This document shows, piece by piece, positions 47,900 to 59,090 of a stretch of DNA of 64,000 bases. The position numbers and the translations under genes are program-made. The notes beneath the pieces are model-generated. The model searched no databases, was not told the origin of the DNA, and saw only the letters and a list, made by a program, of their open reading frames with translations. Location: NCBI GenBank assembly GCA_036611895.1, contig GCA_036611895.1_4766.1; one strand, 5' to 3'. The first letter of the stretch is position 1. Each line of letters starts with the position of its first letter. Source of the DNA: a phage.

Positions 47900-48144
47900 A
47901 GAGAAAGATTGAGTTAGTACCCAATTGGAAAAGGTGCTGGAAGTGGGCATCTATTCAGATTAGTACATTTGGATTAATTATGTTTTCTGCCATAGATATC
48001 ATTCAACCAATGTTGACAGGACTACCCCGTCATATCCTGGAAGATATTCCCCATGGTTCCAATATTGCAATCGCACTGTTTGCCTTAAACATTGTAGGCA
48101 GATTAATACGATTCCGACCAAAGGAAAATTCACATGAAAGCTAA
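47884..48144 (+). CDS. holin-like protein (two TM helices)
   Basis: Starts MVRRLKRK; two hydrophobic helices; directly upstream of the endolysin. Confidence 0.45.
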   Translation: MVRRLKRKIELVPNWKRCWKWASIQISTFGLIMFSAIDIIQPMLTGLPRHILEDIPHGSNIAIALFALNIVGRLIRFRPKENSHES

Positions 48145-48769
48145 ACAGAAACTTGCTGCGAAAGGAGGTGCAGTGGGAGGAGTTGTCGCTGCTATCCTGG
48201 GGGCAGTGTTCTATATGGAAGGGGGATATGTAAACAATCCTCGTGACCCAGGTGGGGAAACTAATCATGGAATTACCCAATCTGTAGCTAAATCTCATAA
48301 AGAAGTCCTGGCTACTGAGTATGGTTGGGATGGTTCTATGAAAGGTTTATCAAAAGAGATGGCTGCTGAGATATACATTGATGACTATGTACTTAAGCCT
48401 AACTTCGTAGCCTTCGCTGATATATCTCCTGCTGTAACACACAAGCTGGTAGATGCTGGTGTTAACACTGGTGTAACCCGTCCTGCTAAGTGGTTGCAGT
48501 TATCTCTTAATGAAATGTCCCGTAATGGCAAAGACTACCCTAAAATACAGGTTGATGGTAAAGTCGGTACAAGTACTGTTAATGCATATAAAGCATTACA
48601 GAAAAAACGAGGCAAAGTTGCAGCATGTCAGGTAATGATTAAGTTACTTGACGCCAAACAACTGAACCACTACACCTCATTAAACATGCCAGACTTTACG
48701 TATGGTTGGGTAGCTAACCGAATAGGCAATGTGCCACTGGAGGCATGTAATGAAGATGCTAATCTCTAA
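48134..48769 (+). CDS. endolysin, GH108-type N-acetylmuramidase with peptidoglycan-binding domain
   Basis: EGGYVNNPRDPGGETNHGIT signature; AAGGAAA RBS; Gly/Ala-rich N-terminal hydrophobic segment (possible SAR). Confidence 0.75.
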   Translation: MKAKQKLAAKGGAVGGVVAAILGAVFYMEGGYVNNPRDPGGETNHGITQSVAKSHKEVLATEYGWDGSMKGLSKEMAAEIYIDDYVLKPNFVAFADISPAVTHKLVDAGVNTGVTRPAKWLQLSLNEMSRNGKDYPKIQVDGKVGTSTVNAYKALQKKRGKVAACQVMIKLLDAKQLNHYTSLNMPDFTYGWVANRIGNVPLEACNEDANL

Positions 48770-49256
48770 AGGTTGGCCTTATCTTCTGGTGGTGGTCCTT
48801 GGGGCCACCATTTACTTTTGGGGTAATTCCAATGGGCAGTCTACTGTTCAAAAGAAATGGGATGCTCAAAAGGTTGAAGACCAAAAGGCAACACAAAAAT
48901 TACAGGACAAATACAATGCTCTCCAAAGAAACCATAGTTATGAAGTCGGGTTACTCACTTCCCGGTTGCAGACGGCTGAGAGTAATTACGCAAGCGAGCT
49001 TGCTCGCGTTAGCAGTGATTACGACAGCCGGATGCAACAGTCTGAAAGACGAGCATCGGTATATAAACGTCAAGCCGAAGCCGGAGCCTTTGAGTGCAGA
49101 AGTCTTGCAAGCCATGCAGCCAGACTCGACAACAGTCTTGAAGAAGGCAGACGTTTGGTTGAAGAACTCCGGGCAACTGTTAGACTCCGTGACAGCCAAC
49201 TAATTGAGTTGGGTAAACAGATTCAGGCTGACCGTAAACTTTTTGAACAGGAATAA
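48750..49256 (+). CDS. i-spanin (Rz-like)
   Basis: N-terminal TM ([17 protein letters not shown]) followed by a coiled-coil region; GGAGG RBS 7 nt upstream. Confidence 0.6.
   Translation: MKMLISKGWPYLLVVVLGATIYFWGNSNGQSTVQKKWDAQKVEDQKATQKLQDKYNALQRNHSYEVGLLTSRLQTAESNYASELARVSSDYDSRMQQSERRASVYKRQAEAGAFECRSLASHAARLDNSLEEGRRLVEELRATVRLRDSQLIELGKQIQADRKLFEQE
48940..49203 (+). CDS. o-spanin (Rz1-like lipoprotein), embedded in +1 frame of the i-spanin
   Basis: Signal peptide ending in lipobox-like TAGC, followed by a Pro-rich mature part of about 56 aa. Confidence 0.55.
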   Translation: MKSGYSLPGCRRLRVITQASLLALAVITTAGCNSLKDEHRYINVKPKPEPLSAEVLQAMQPDSTTVLKKADVWLKNSGQLLDSVTAN

Positions 49257-49258
49257 CT

Positions 49259-51529
49259 ATGGAACACCAAGACACTTTTAAGCCTTTACCAGACCCGGCT
49301 CAATCAGAGAAGTTAACGGACTGGAAGAAGGAACCAAGTATCCAATTACTGAAAGGTGATTTGGAATCAGCTAAACCTGCTCACGATGCAATCATGGCAC
49401 AGATTCGTGAGTGGAATGACCTGATGGAAGTTAAGGGTAAGGCTAAACCCCCAAAGGTTAAAGGACGATCCCAAGTCCAACCTAGACTGGTTCGCCGTCA
49501 GGCAGAGTGGCGTTATGCTCCATTGTCTGAACCATTCCTCTCATCCAATAAACTTTTCAAGGTAACCCCTGTAACTTTTGAAGATGAGTTAGCTGCACGT
49601 CAGAATGAATTAGTTCTTAACTACCAATTCCGTACTCAGCTTAATAAAGTAAAACTGGTAGATGATTATGTTCACAGTATCGTAGATGACGGTACTGGTA
49701 TTGCTCGCATTGGTTGGGAACGTAAGACTGTTAAGATTAAAACAGAAACTCCAGTCTTCCAGTTGTATCCGATTGAGAACCAAGAACAAGCAGATATTCT
49801 TCAGCAGGCTTTACAGCTTCAGGCAGAAAATCCTCGTGAGTATGATGAAACAATGCCCGAAGATATTAAGGAAGCTGTTAACTACTTCAATGAAACTGGA
49901 GAAGCTACCTATGCAATCCAGACTGGTGTTACTGAGGTAGAGGTAGAGAAAGCACTGGTTAACAGACCGACTGTTGAAATGCTTAACCCCAATAACGTAG
50001 TTATTGACCCAAGCTGTAATGGGGACTTGGACAAAGCTTTGTATGCAGTTATCTCGTTTGAGACATGCAAAGCAGACCTCATGAAGAACAAGGACCGTTA
50101 CCACAATCTGGATAAGATTGACTGGGAAAGTTCTAGTCCTATGACTGACCCAGACCATGAAAGTAAAACTCCTAGTGACTTTCAGTTTAAAGATGCACTA
50201 CGTAAGAAAGTAGTTGCTTATGAATACTGGGGATTCTACGACATCAATGATGATGGTTCGCTGGAACCAATTGTTGCTACCTGGATTGGTTCTACTCTTA
50301 TCCGTATGGAGAAGAACCCATTCCCGGATGGTAAGTTACCGTTGGTAGTTGTTCCTTACATGCCACGTAAACGTGAACTCTATGGTGAAGCTGATGCTGA
50401 ATTGTTAGGTGATAATCAAGCAATTCTTGGTGCAACTATGCGTGGGATGATTGACCTGTTGGGTCGAAGTGCAAATGGACAACGTGGTTATCCTAAAGGG
50501 ATGTTAGATACCCTTAACCGTCGTCGTTATGATGATGGACAAGACTATGAATACAACCCAATGCAGGGTAACCCTAGTCAGGCCATTATGGAACATAAGT
50601 TCCCTGAGTTACCTCAGTCGGCAATAGTAATGACTCAGATGCAGAACCAGGAAGCAGAAGCACTAACAGGTGTTAAAGCATTCTCTGGTGGCGTAACTGG
50701 TGAAGCTTACGGTGATGTTGCTGCTGGTATTCGTGGTGTACTCGATGCAGCATCCAAACGTGAGATGGCAATCCTTCGTCGATTAGCTAAGGGTATGGCA
50801 GACATTGGTACTAAGATTTGTGCAATGAATGCTGTGTTCTTATCTGAGAAGGAAGTGGTACGTATTACTAATGAGCAGTATGTAGAAATTAACCGTGAAG
50901 ACCTTAAAGGTAACTTCGATATTGAAGTTGATATTAATACTGCTGAGATTGATAACCAGAAATCTCAAGACCTGAGCTTCATGGTTCAAACGTTAGGTAA
51001 TACAGTGGACCAGACTATTACGTTATCTCTTGTAGCTAAGATTGCAGAACTTAAACGTATGCCTGACCTTGCTCATGAGTTACGTACCTGGCGACCACAA
51101 CCAGACCCTATGGAAGAACAGCTTAAGCAATTGGCAATTCAGAAAGCACAGCTTGAGAATGAAGAGTTGAAAAGTAAGATTGCACTCAATAATGCTAAAG
51201 CGAAAGAAGCTATTTCTAGTGGTGACCTTAAAGACCTGGATTATCTGGAACAGGAATCTGGTACTAAACATGCTCGTGATATGGAGAAACAAAAAGCACA
51301 ATCTCAAGGAAACCAGAACCTTCAGATAACTAAGGCGTTGACAACACCTACTAAAGAAGGTGAAACTACCCCCAACATATCTGCTGCTGTCGGATATAAC
51401 GCTTTGACTAACGGGAACTCTTTACAGGAACGTGACTTAGCTGCACAGCAAGACCCGACTTATTCACTTAGTTCCCAGTATTATGACCCTAGCCAAGACC
51501 CAGCATCGGCTCTTGGTATGAACTTATAA
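49259..51529 (+). CDS. portal protein
   Basis: 756-aa ORF upstream of scaffold-like and capsid genes; assignment by size and synteny. Confidence 0.5.
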   Translation: MEHQDTFKPLPDPAQSEKLTDWKKEPSIQLLKGDLESAKPAHDAIMAQIREWNDLMEVKGKAKPPKVKGRSQVQPRLVRRQAEWRYAPLSEPFLSSNKLFKVTPVTFEDELAARQNELVLNYQFRTQLNKVKLVDDYVHSIVDDGTGIARIGWERKTVKIKTETPVFQLYPIENQEQADILQQALQLQAENPREYDETMPEDIKEAVNYFNETGEATYAIQTGVTEVEVEKALVNRPTVEMLNPNNVVIDPSCNGDLDKALYAVISFETCKADLMKNKDRYHNLDKIDWESSSPMTDPDHESKTPSDFQFKDALRKKVVAYEYWGFYDINDDGSLEPIVATWIGSTLIRMEKNPFPDGKLPLVVVPYMPRKRELYGEADAELLGDNQAILGATMRGMIDLLGRSANGQRGYPKGMLDTLNRRRYDDGQDYEYNPMQGNPSQAIMEHKFPELPQSAIVMTQMQNQEAEALTGVKAFSGGVTGEAYGDVAAGIRGVLDAASKREMAILRRLAKGMADIGTKICAMNAVFLSEKEVVRITNEQYVEINREDLKGNFDIEVDINTAEIDNQKSQDLSFMVQTLGNTVDQTITLSLVAKIAELKRMPDLAHELRTWRPQPDPMEEQLKQLAIQKAQLENEELKSKIALNNAKAKEAISSGDLKDLDYLEQESGTKHARDMEKQKAQSQGNQNLQITKALTTPTKEGETTPNISAAVGYNALTNGNSLQERDLAAQQDPTYSLSSQYYDPSQDPASALGMNL

Positions 51530-51542
51530 GGCAGACCTTCAC

Positions 51543-51887
51543 ATGAGTAAAGAATCAACAATCGCAGGACTGGAACATCGACTGGAAGCTGCTAAAGGTG
51601 CAGTTGCACATGCAGAAGATGTACGTAAACTTCTGGAGAATCCACTGTTCCGTAAAGTAATCCTTCGCCAATTCTGTGTGGAAGATTGTGCACGTTACGT
51701 ACAAGAGTCTGGTGATCCACTGCTTGAATCGAATAACCGTGCAGATGCACTGAACATGGCTCAAGCTGCTGGTCACTTACGTCGTTGGCTCGACCTCGCT
51801 ATTCGTATGGGTGAAAATGAAGCTGACGTTATTCTTCAGGTAGAAGAAGAACTCGACGCAGTTCGTGCTGAACCTGAAGACGAATAA
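51543..51887 (+). CDS. hypothetical protein
   Basis: 114-aa ORF. Confidence 0.4.
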   Translation: MSKESTIAGLEHRLEAAKGAVAHAEDVRKLLENPLFRKVILRQFCVEDCARYVQESGDPLLESNNRADALNMAQAAGHLRRWLDLAIRMGENEADVILQVEEELDAVRAEPEDE

Positions 51888-51906
51888 TTAACCGGAGATA
51901 TTTCCT

Positions 51907-53127
51907 ATGACTACGGAAGCTGCAACCACAGCTTCCGACATTCTCGCAATGTCGGATGATGAGATTCTGAATATGGAAGCCCCAGCAATTATTGCTGAGG
52001 AAGATACTTCCACTCAGAACAACCCAGAAACCAACGGCGTACAGACTCCTGATGAAGAAGTTGACCCCTCTGCTGTTGAAGACCTACCAACCGAAGAAAC
52101 CTCCCCTGAAACTGAGCCAGTTGAAGATGATTCAGCAAATTCTTTAACTTCTGATAAAGTTGATGATAAAGTTGTTGACACAGAAGTTGATAGTAACGGT
52201 GAGCCGATTACTAAAGCTGAACCTTCTACTACTGAACCAGGCCAGGAACAGAAAGAAGAAGGCAAACAGTCTGAAGGTCTGCCTGCTGACTTCAACTATA
52301 AGGAAGGTTATGAAAAGTTGATGGCTCCTTTTAAAGCTAACGGCAAAATGATTACTCCCCGTTCTCCGGAGGAGGCCATTAGCCTGATGCAGATGGGTGC
52401 TAACTATACTCGTAAGATGCAAGAACTTCAGCCGTACCGTAAGGTAATGCTGATGTTACAGAACAACGGTTTAATGGATGAGGAAAAACTTTCTTTCCTG
52501 ATTGACCTGGATAAAAAGAATCCTGAAGCCATTAAAAAGTTGTTGAAAGACTCTGGTACAGATCCTCTGGACTTTAATCCAGAGGAGGAAATTAACTACC
52601 AGGGTGGCAAACACCGTGTTACAGACACCGAAGCAGATTTTGCAACCGAAATTGACGACTTAAAGTCTACTCAAGAAGGACAAGCTACATTAGGTGTTAT
52701 TAGTTCGACATGGGATGCTGCCAGTAAAGATGCTCTTTATCAGAATCGTGGCTTACTCCACACCATTCACGAACAGCGTGAGAATGGTATTTATGACACC
52801 ATTGCTAATGAAGTGAATCGTCTTCAGGTGTTAGGTCAGATTCCGGTAGGTACTCCGTTTATTCAGGCTTATAACTACGTTGGTAACCTCCTTGCACAAC
52901 AGGGAGCATTTAACCAAGTAGCTAAGCCTGAACCGGTACAAGCAGTTAAACCAGCAGTTCAGCCGGTAGTGCGTGTAGCACAACCTAAGCAGACTCTGGC
53001 TAACAGTGAGCAAGCTAAAGCAGCTTCCCTTAATCGGGCTGCTACACGTAAAGCAACACCTATTGTGAACCCACTCGCTATGAGTGATGAAGATTTCGCT
53101 AAACTCCCAGTACCGGGTAGTCTTTAA
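51907..53127 (+). CDS. scaffolding-like acidic protein
   Basis: Highly acidic Glu/Asp/Thr-rich N-terminal region; directly upstream of the capsid gene. Confidence 0.4.
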   Translation: MTTEAATTASDILAMSDDEILNMEAPAIIAEEDTSTQNNPETNGVQTPDEEVDPSAVEDLPTEETSPETEPVEDDSANSLTSDKVDDKVVDTEVDSNGEPITKAEPSTTEPGQEQKEEGKQSEGLPADFNYKEGYEKLMAPFKANGKMITPRSPEEAISLMQMGANYTRKMQELQPYRKVMLMLQNNGLMDEEKLSFLIDLDKKNPEAIKKLLKDSGTDPLDFNPEEEINYQGGKHRVTDTEADFATEIDDLKSTQEGQATLGVISSTWDAASKDALYQNRGLLHTIHEQRENGIYDTIANEVNRLQVLGQIPVGTPFIQAYNYVGNLLAQQGAFNQVAKPEPVQAVKPAVQPVVRVAQPKQTLANSEQAKAASLNRAATRKATPIVNPLAMSDEDFAKLPVPGSL

Positions 53128-53143
53128 ACAGGAATGAGATGAT

Positions 53144-54346
53144 ATGTTAAACTATAACGCTCCAATTGACGGTCAGAAATCTAGCATTGATGGTGCTGGT
53201 TCCGACCAGATGAATACCTATTACTGGCTGAAGAAGGCTATTATTCAGTCCCGTAAAGACCAATATTTTATGCCTCTGGCTAACACCGTTAACATGCCGA
53301 AGAACTACGGTAAGACTGTTAAGGTGTATGAGTACGTTCCTCTGCTCGACGACAAGAACATTAACGACCAGGGTATTGATGCCAATGGTGCTACCATTGT
53401 TAATGGTAACCTGTACGGTTCTTCCAAAGACGTTGGTAACATCACTTCTAAACTGCCTCTGCTGTCAGAGAATGGTGGTCGTGTTAACCGTGTAGGCTTT
53501 ACCCGTCTGGCTCGTGAAGGTTCCATTCATAAGTTCGGCTTCTTCTATGAATTTACCCAAGAGTCTCTGGACTTTGATTCTGATGACCAACTGAAAGAAC
53601 ACCTGTCTCGTGAACTGATGAACGGTGCTGTACAGTTGACTGAAGCTGTTCTTCAGAAAGACCTGCTGGCTGCTGCTGGTACTGTATTGTATGCAGGTGC
53701 TGCTGTCTCTGATGCTACCATCACTGGTGAAGGTTCTACCCCGTCTGTAGTTTCTTATAAGAACCTGATGCGTCTTGACCAGATTCTTACTGAGAACCGT
53801 ACCCCGACTCAGACTACTATCATCACTGGCTCTAAGCTGACAGATACTAAAGTACTTGGTGGTACTCGTGTAATGTACGTTGGTTCTGAACTGGTTCCAG
53901 AACTGAAAGCGATGAAAGACCTGTTTGGTAATAAAGCATTCATCGAAGTTCAGCACTATGCTGATGCTGGTACTCTGATGAATGGTGAAATCGGTTGTAT
54001 TGATAAGTTCCGTATCATCCAGGTTCCAGAGATGCTGCATTGGGCAGGTGCTGGTGCTCAGGTTACTACTAACCCGGGTTACCGTACCTCTATGGTATCT
54101 GGTCAGGAGCACTACGACGTATTCCCGATGCTGGTAGTTGGTGATGACTCCTTCTCTACCATTGGCTTCCAGACTGATGGTAAGTCTGTTAAGTTCACCA
54201 TCATGACTAAGATGCCTGGTAAAGAAACTGCTGACCGTAATGACCCGTATGGTGAAACTGGCTTCAGTTCTATCAAGTGGTACTATGGTATCCTGGTTAA
54301 ACGCCCAGAACGTCTGGCTCTGATTAAGACTGTTGCTCCTCTGTAA
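53144..54346 (+). CDS. major capsid protein
   Basis: 400-aa ORF after the scaffold-like gene, followed by a hairpin; assignment by size and synteny. Confidence 0.55.
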   Translation: MLNYNAPIDGQKSSIDGAGSDQMNTYYWLKKAIIQSRKDQYFMPLANTVNMPKNYGKTVKVYEYVPLLDDKNINDQGIDANGATIVNGNLYGSSKDVGNITSKLPLLSENGGRVNRVGFTRLAREGSIHKFGFFYEFTQESLDFDSDDQLKEHLSRELMNGAVQLTEAVLQKDLLAAAGTVLYAGAAVSDATITGEGSTPSVVSYKNLMRLDQILTENRTPTQTTIITGSKLTDTKVLGGTRVMYVGSELVPELKAMKDLFGNKAFIEVQHYADAGTLMNGEIGCIDKFRIIQVPEMLHWAGAGAQVTTNPGYRTSMVSGQEHYDVFPMLVVGDDSFSTIGFQTDGKSVKFTIMTKMPGKETADRNDPYGETGFSSIKWYYGILVKRPERLALIKTVAPL

Positions 54347-54364
54347 TAGTCCGAAATAAAACAA

Positions 54365-54390
54365 GGGGGACATTAGTCCCCCTCTTAATA
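54365..54390 (+). terminator. hairpin terminator after capsid gene
   Basis: GGGGGAC-ATTA-GTCCCCC followed by TCTTAATAAAA; weak T-run. Confidence 0.45.
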
Positions 54391-54413
54391 AAACTAAATG
54401 AACCACAGGAAAT

Positions 54414-55052
54414 ATGAACATGAGCATTAACGATAAACCGACCACTGACGTAGAAGTGAACGTACAGGGCAACGAAGATACCGTTAACGATATTGCAATG
54501 CCTAGCGAACTTGAAGTTCTTAAGCAACGTGCAACGTTGATGAATATCAAGTTCTCTAACAACATTTCCGTTGAAAAGCTTCGTGAGAAGATTGAAGCTG
54601 CACAAGTAAAAGATGAACCAGTAGTAGAAGCTTCTGTTAACCCACTTGGTGCTAATCAAGAAGCTGGCGTTAAGAAGATGACCCTGGGTCAGAAGATTCG
54701 TGCAGAACAGACTCGACTGATTCGTGTACGCATCCAGAACCTCGATCCTAAGAAGAAAGACCTGCCTGGTGAGATTATCACCGTAGCTAACGAATATATG
54801 GGTACTGTACGTAAGTTTGTTCCGTTCGGTGAAGTGACCGATAATGGCTATCATATTCCGTATTGTATCTACGAGTTCCTTAAAGAACGCAAGTTCATCA
54901 ACATTACGACTCGTAAAGGTAAGAATGGCTTACCGGACATCCGTGCAACAGAAGCACGTGAGTTCTCTATTGAAGTACTGCCTCCGTTGACTGAAGCAGA
55001 ATTAGCTCAACTGGCTCAAGCACAGATTGCTGCTGGTAGCCTTAACGATTAA
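54414..55052 (+). CDS. virion protein
   Basis: 212-aa ORF in the late structural block. Confidence 0.4.
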   Translation: MNMSINDKPTTDVEVNVQGNEDTVNDIAMPSELEVLKQRATLMNIKFSNNISVEKLREKIEAAQVKDEPVVEASVNPLGANQEAGVKKMTLGQKIRAEQTRLIRVRIQNLDPKKKDLPGEIITVANEYMGTVRKFVPFGEVTDNGYHIPYCIYEFLKERKFINITTRKGKNGLPDIRATEAREFSIEVLPPLTEAELAQLAQAQIAAGSLND

Positions 55053-55072
55053 CGTATAAGCTACAGTTCAAC

Positions 55073-55110
55073 ACGGCTCACTGGGGTAACTCCGTGGGCC
55101 GTTTCTTTTT
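55073..55110 (+). terminator. rho-independent terminator
   Basis: ACGGCTCAC-12 nt-GTGGGCCGT followed by TTCTTTTT. Confidence 0.5.
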
Positions 55111-55122
55111 GAACCAAGAGGA

Positions 55123-55965
55123 ATGATTATGTCTTGTTCTGCTGAGGTAGAAGCTAACCGACTCCTAGAAGAGTTAACTAAGGGTGATGACTTTACCCTT
55201 CCTGATATTGATATGTCCGGTCCTGAATGGGATATACCTGGTGGAGATGATTCCCCAATCTTTGGGGCCATTACTAAAGTAACAAATGAATCTCTTACTA
55301 CTCGTGAAGTAGGTGGTAGTGGTACGTTTGATGCATTAATGGAATCCGCACACAATCACCTTAAAGCTGAGTTTAAGGCTAACCGTATTACAGGTGGTGA
55401 ATATACCAAAGCATATATTGCTATGATGGAATCATGCATGAGTAATGCTGTTCAGTTCTTACTTGGTCGTGACCAGGCATACTGGGCTGCTGCATTGGCA
55501 CAGATTCAGGCAGTTACTGCTCGTGTTACATTGGCTACTTCTAAAGCTCAGTATGTACTGGCTAAGATACAAGCATTGTCTACTAAGGGTGAATACGCTC
55601 TTACTAAGATGAAGATTGCTACTGAGTCTGAAACATACTGTGCTGCATTATTTAATGTACAAAAAATTCTTCCTGCACAGGAGCGTTTGATACAGGAACA
55701 ATATGAAGTACAACGTGCACAGACTCAGGAAATGCGCTCTGATGCATTACCTATTCTTGGTTCTATTGGTAAACAGAAAGAGTTGTATTCTCAGCAGATT
55801 ACTTCGTATCAACGAGATGCAGAAGTTAAAGCAGCTAAGCTGTTTACTGATGCATGGATTACTCAGAAGACTATTGATGAAGGCTTGAATCCACCTAATG
55901 GCTTTACTAACGCAAGTATTGATACCATTCTAACCAAGCTGAAGTCTAACAACGGGCTGAACTAA
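55123..55965 (+). CDS. virion protein
   Basis: 280-aa ORF. Confidence 0.4.
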   Translation: MIMSCSAEVEANRLLEELTKGDDFTLPDIDMSGPEWDIPGGDDSPIFGAITKVTNESLTTREVGGSGTFDALMESAHNHLKAEFKANRITGGEYTKAYIAMMESCMSNAVQFLLGRDQAYWAAALAQIQAVTARVTLATSKAQYVLAKIQALSTKGEYALTKMKIATESETYCAALFNVQKILPAQERLIQEQYEVQRAQTQEMRSDALPILGSIGKQKELYSQQITSYQRDAEVKAAKLFTDAWITQKTIDEGLNPPNGFTNASIDTILTKLKSNNGLN

Positions 55966-55966
55966 T

Positions 55967-58621
55967 ATGGGCTTATTCAGTGGGAAGACCAAAGTATACG
56001 TAGCATCCTCTGTCTATAACATGGCAGGGGATATTCACAAACGTCCTAACTATATGAAGACTGTAGTCATTGGTAACATTATTTCCAATACAGGATTCAC
56101 TATGGCAGACACTATCTCTGATAGTTATCTGAATGGACCCGGTATTCGTATGCGACTGTTCTCCAGCTGGAGTAAGAACCACTATGATTCAGAAGTTGGT
56201 ATGGCTGGTTCTTCATTAGGTGTACTGGCTAAGATTGACCCTACTGTAATAGAGGGTCAAATTACACCTCCTGCTGGGGAGTCTGTTTATGTTCAGGCAG
56301 CAGAGATTGGCTTTGCTGATTTTGAGCAATGGTGTGACCAGTACCTTTATGAGAATGCTCCAAGTCGAATCATGGAACGATTCGACGTAGACATTGATGA
56401 GGATACCAATGAAATTACTATGACCTCCCTGGATGGAGGTTCTACTATTAAATTCACACCTACCAACTTTGAACCAGGTGCTTTGTATCTCTATGCTGAT
56501 TACACGTCCTATAAGTCCCCTACTACTAATCCACCTGTAGTAGGACCGACTACTGTCTATGATGATGAGGATGACTTACCCTCTACTTTGTTATGGACTA
56601 CCATCTCAAGTGATACTACGGCCAATTCAACTAACCTTACCAAAACTATACATACTCATTCTGTTTACTCTGATGGCAGACCTGATGAAGACAGTACTGT
56701 CATTGAACCAAGCATAGATAATTGGAACTCTTACGTTAAGGTTTATCGTAGAGGATTCACTGAGAAACCTGATGATGTGACTGTAGTTGTATCTGACAGG
56801 GTAATGACCCATAGAAAGTTCGGTGAGATTCAGTCCAGTACTGCTGTAACTACCAATGTAGTAGATATTGGTGGGGGTGTTACTCGCACAGACACAATCA
56901 CTACAACCACAGAGACACTGGTTCGTAAGTACTCATCTCAGACTACTCGTACTGACACAGAGATGACTGCTGTTGGTACACCTAAGATGCTTATCTATAA
57001 ACAGAACTCTGGTAATGTTGCACTGGATTCTCTGTTTGAGACTGAGGCTACTGATAACCGATTCTACCCGTTCATTCCAATCAGGAATGATAAACGATGG
57101 GTAGAAAATGACCCAATCTACCCACACTGTAAGAAAGCTCTTTATAAAGCTACTGGTGGAAAAATTGATAAAGTAGTCACGGAGCTTAAGAAGAATGATG
57201 ACATAGGTGATATTCAGTACATTTATGGCACATTTGGTGTATCTCTTAATACCCCAGAAGATGCTGCTAAGGAATACATCTACCGTTTCTTTCAGATGGC
57301 TACTGAAGCATTCCCACCTGACCCAACCTACCCGACTTTGGAAGCAGTAATTGCAGGTTATCAGGCAGCTAATGATGCAGTTGATGCATATGTAGAATGG
57401 TGGAACAGGACTGAAGGGCATACTATTGGAACTCCTCCACCACTGCCAGAATACCCTGTAATACCTAAACGAGAGTTTAGAGTGCATAGTAATAAGCATT
57501 ATAAATACGACATGACCATTGGTTGGAACTATGTGTCTGAAACTACACATTCAGGGCAAGCATGGGCTGGGGCTAAGCAGGGACAACTACGAGCCAGATA
57601 TGCAGGAGATATAACCCTTACTCGCAAGAACATAAGGACAGCTTCTAACTCCGGTTCTGCTAAGAAACTTGAGGTAACATATACATTCTATTCAATGCAG
57701 GAGTATGAGTTACTTTGGCAGGATGGTAATAACACTTACCGTAAACTCAGAGTATTGGGCCTAAACCACAATAACAGGGTATATAAGAATAAGTCAGTGC
57801 ACATTGATGTTGCTGAAGCAATGGGTGATGCAGAAGAAAGTGGATTCATTATTCCACTGCACACTAACATTTACCGTTCAATGTCACTGGTTCGAAGTAC
57901 TCAGCTATCTACTGCCTGTTCCTACTTAGTGATGAACTCATATAAGAAGGTTAAGCAGAAATGGTATCAGACCGGGGCATTTAAGATTGTTGTTGTAGTG
58001 GTTGCTGTGGTTATTTCTGTATTTACAGCCGGTGCTGGTGGTGCAGGCATACTTGGTGCATATGGTGCAGTTGGTGCTTCACTTGGTTTTGTTGGATTAG
58101 CTGCTGTGATAGTTGGTGCTGTAGCAAATGCTATTGCTGGAATGATTCTGGTATCCATTATCACTAAAGTATCCACATCACTGTTCGGTGATAAATTGGG
58201 CTTTATTATTGCAGCTATTGCCTCAATGGTAGCTATGAATGTTGGTACTGCCCTGTCTACCGGTACATCTCTGTCCACTCTGGCAAGTGAAATGATGAAT
58301 GCCCAAAACATCATGCAGCTTACCAGTTCAGTAGGTAATGGTATTAGCCAGTATATTAATGCATCTACGGCTGCTACTATTCAGAAAGCAGAGAAAGTAA
58401 TGCAGCAGTACAATACTGATATGATGGCAATCAATAAGCAGTATGAAGAAATGTTTGGTACTGCTGGACAGGGTGTAATTGACCCTATGCAATTCGTGTC
58501 AATGGAGTCACTGGATTCATTCTTATCACGTACTCTTATGACTGGTTCAGATATAGCCGACATGTCTTTAGACATGATAGGTAACTACTCTGACATGACC
58601 CTTAATACTGACCTAGTTTAA
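55967..58621 (+). CDS. large virion protein with C-terminal multi-TM region
   Basis: 884 aa; residues encoded around 57970-58320 form consecutive Gly/Ala/Val-rich hydrophobic helices. Confidence 0.45.
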   Translation: MGLFSGKTKVYVASSVYNMAGDIHKRPNYMKTVVIGNIISNTGFTMADTISDSYLNGPGIRMRLFSSWSKNHYDSEVGMAGSSLGVLAKIDPTVIEGQITPPAGESVYVQAAEIGFADFEQWCDQYLYENAPSRIMERFDVDIDEDTNEITMTSLDGGSTIKFTPTNFEPGALYLYADYTSYKSPTTNPPVVGPTTVYDDEDDLPSTLLWTTISSDTTANSTNLTKTIHTHSVYSDGRPDEDSTVIEPSIDNWNSYVKVYRRGFTEKPDDVTVVVSDRVMTHRKFGEIQSSTAVTTNVVDIGGGVTRTDTITTTTETLVRKYSSQTTRTDTEMTAVGTPKMLIYKQNSGNVALDSLFETEATDNRFYPFIPIRNDKRWVENDPIYPHCKKALYKATGGKIDKVVTELKKNDDIGDIQYIYGTFGVSLNTPEDAAKEYIYRFFQMATEAFPPDPTYPTLEAVIAGYQAANDAVDAYVEWWNRTEGHTIGTPPPLPEYPVIPKREFRVHSNKHYKYDMTIGWNYVSETTHSGQAWAGAKQGQLRARYAGDITLTRKNIRTASNSGSAKKLEVTYTFYSMQEYELLWQDGNNTYRKLRVLGLNHNNRVYKNKSVHIDVAEAMGDAEESGFIIPLHTNIYRSMSLVRSTQLSTACSYLVMNSYKKVKQKWYQTGAFKIVVVVVAVVISVFTAGAGGAGILGAYGAVGASLGFVGLAAVIVGAVANAIAGMILVSIITKVSTSLFGDKLGFIIAAIASMVAMNVGTALSTGTSLSTLASEMMNAQNIMQLTSSVGNGISQYINASTAATIQKAEKVMQQYNTDMMAINKQYEEMFGTAGQGVIDPMQFVSMESLDSFLSRTLMTGSDIADMSLDMIGNYSDMTLNTDLV

Positions 58622-58634
58622 CAGGAGAATCCCT

Positions 58635-59078
58635 ATGGATTTGTCATTCTTAACAGGCAACCAAACCCCACAGCCAGCTGCTATGTCTTGGATGTCTAAT
58701 AACAATCAGAACTTTAATACCCCGGCTATGAACTATAACCCTGGTGCTGCTATCGGTATGGGTACAAATTTGGGGGCAACTTCCCCTACTTCTTTCATGT
58801 CGGGTTCAGCTAATCAGTTGGGCCTGAATGTACCCACCTTCCAGTTAGGACTGGGTGCACTTGGTTCATTAGCTAATATCTATAGTGGTTTCCAGGCCAA
58901 TAAGTTAGCCAAAGACCAGTTGAACTTTACTAAGAGTGTTACTAACACTAACCTGAATAACCAGATTAAGTCTTATAACACTGCACTGGAAGACCGTGCT
59001 CGTAGCCGTGCTGTTGCAGAAAACCGTGACCAGTCTTCAGCTGATGCTTACATTGCAGCTAATAAATTAACCCGTTAA
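58635..59078 (+). CDS. virion protein
   Basis: 147-aa Asn/Gly/Ala-rich ORF. Confidence 0.4.
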   Translation: MDLSFLTGNQTPQPAAMSWMSNNNQNFNTPAMNYNPGAAIGMGTNLGATSPTSFMSGSANQLGLNVPTFQLGLGALGSLANIYSGFQANKLAKDQLNFTKSVTNTNLNNQIKSYNTALEDRARSRAVAENRDQSSADAYIAANKLTR

Positions 59079-59090
59079 TAGGAAACCATC

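Noticed and set aside
49686-50158. Overlapping plus and minus ORFs inside the portal gene
   Set aside because: Alternative frames of a long, well-supported structural gene; no RBS or motif
53465-54565. 366-aa minus-strand ORF antisense to the major capsid gene
   Set aside because: Lies entirely opposite a strongly supported plus-strand gene in a uniformly plus-strand block; low-complexity Leu/Ser/Thr-rich translation typical of a shadow ORF
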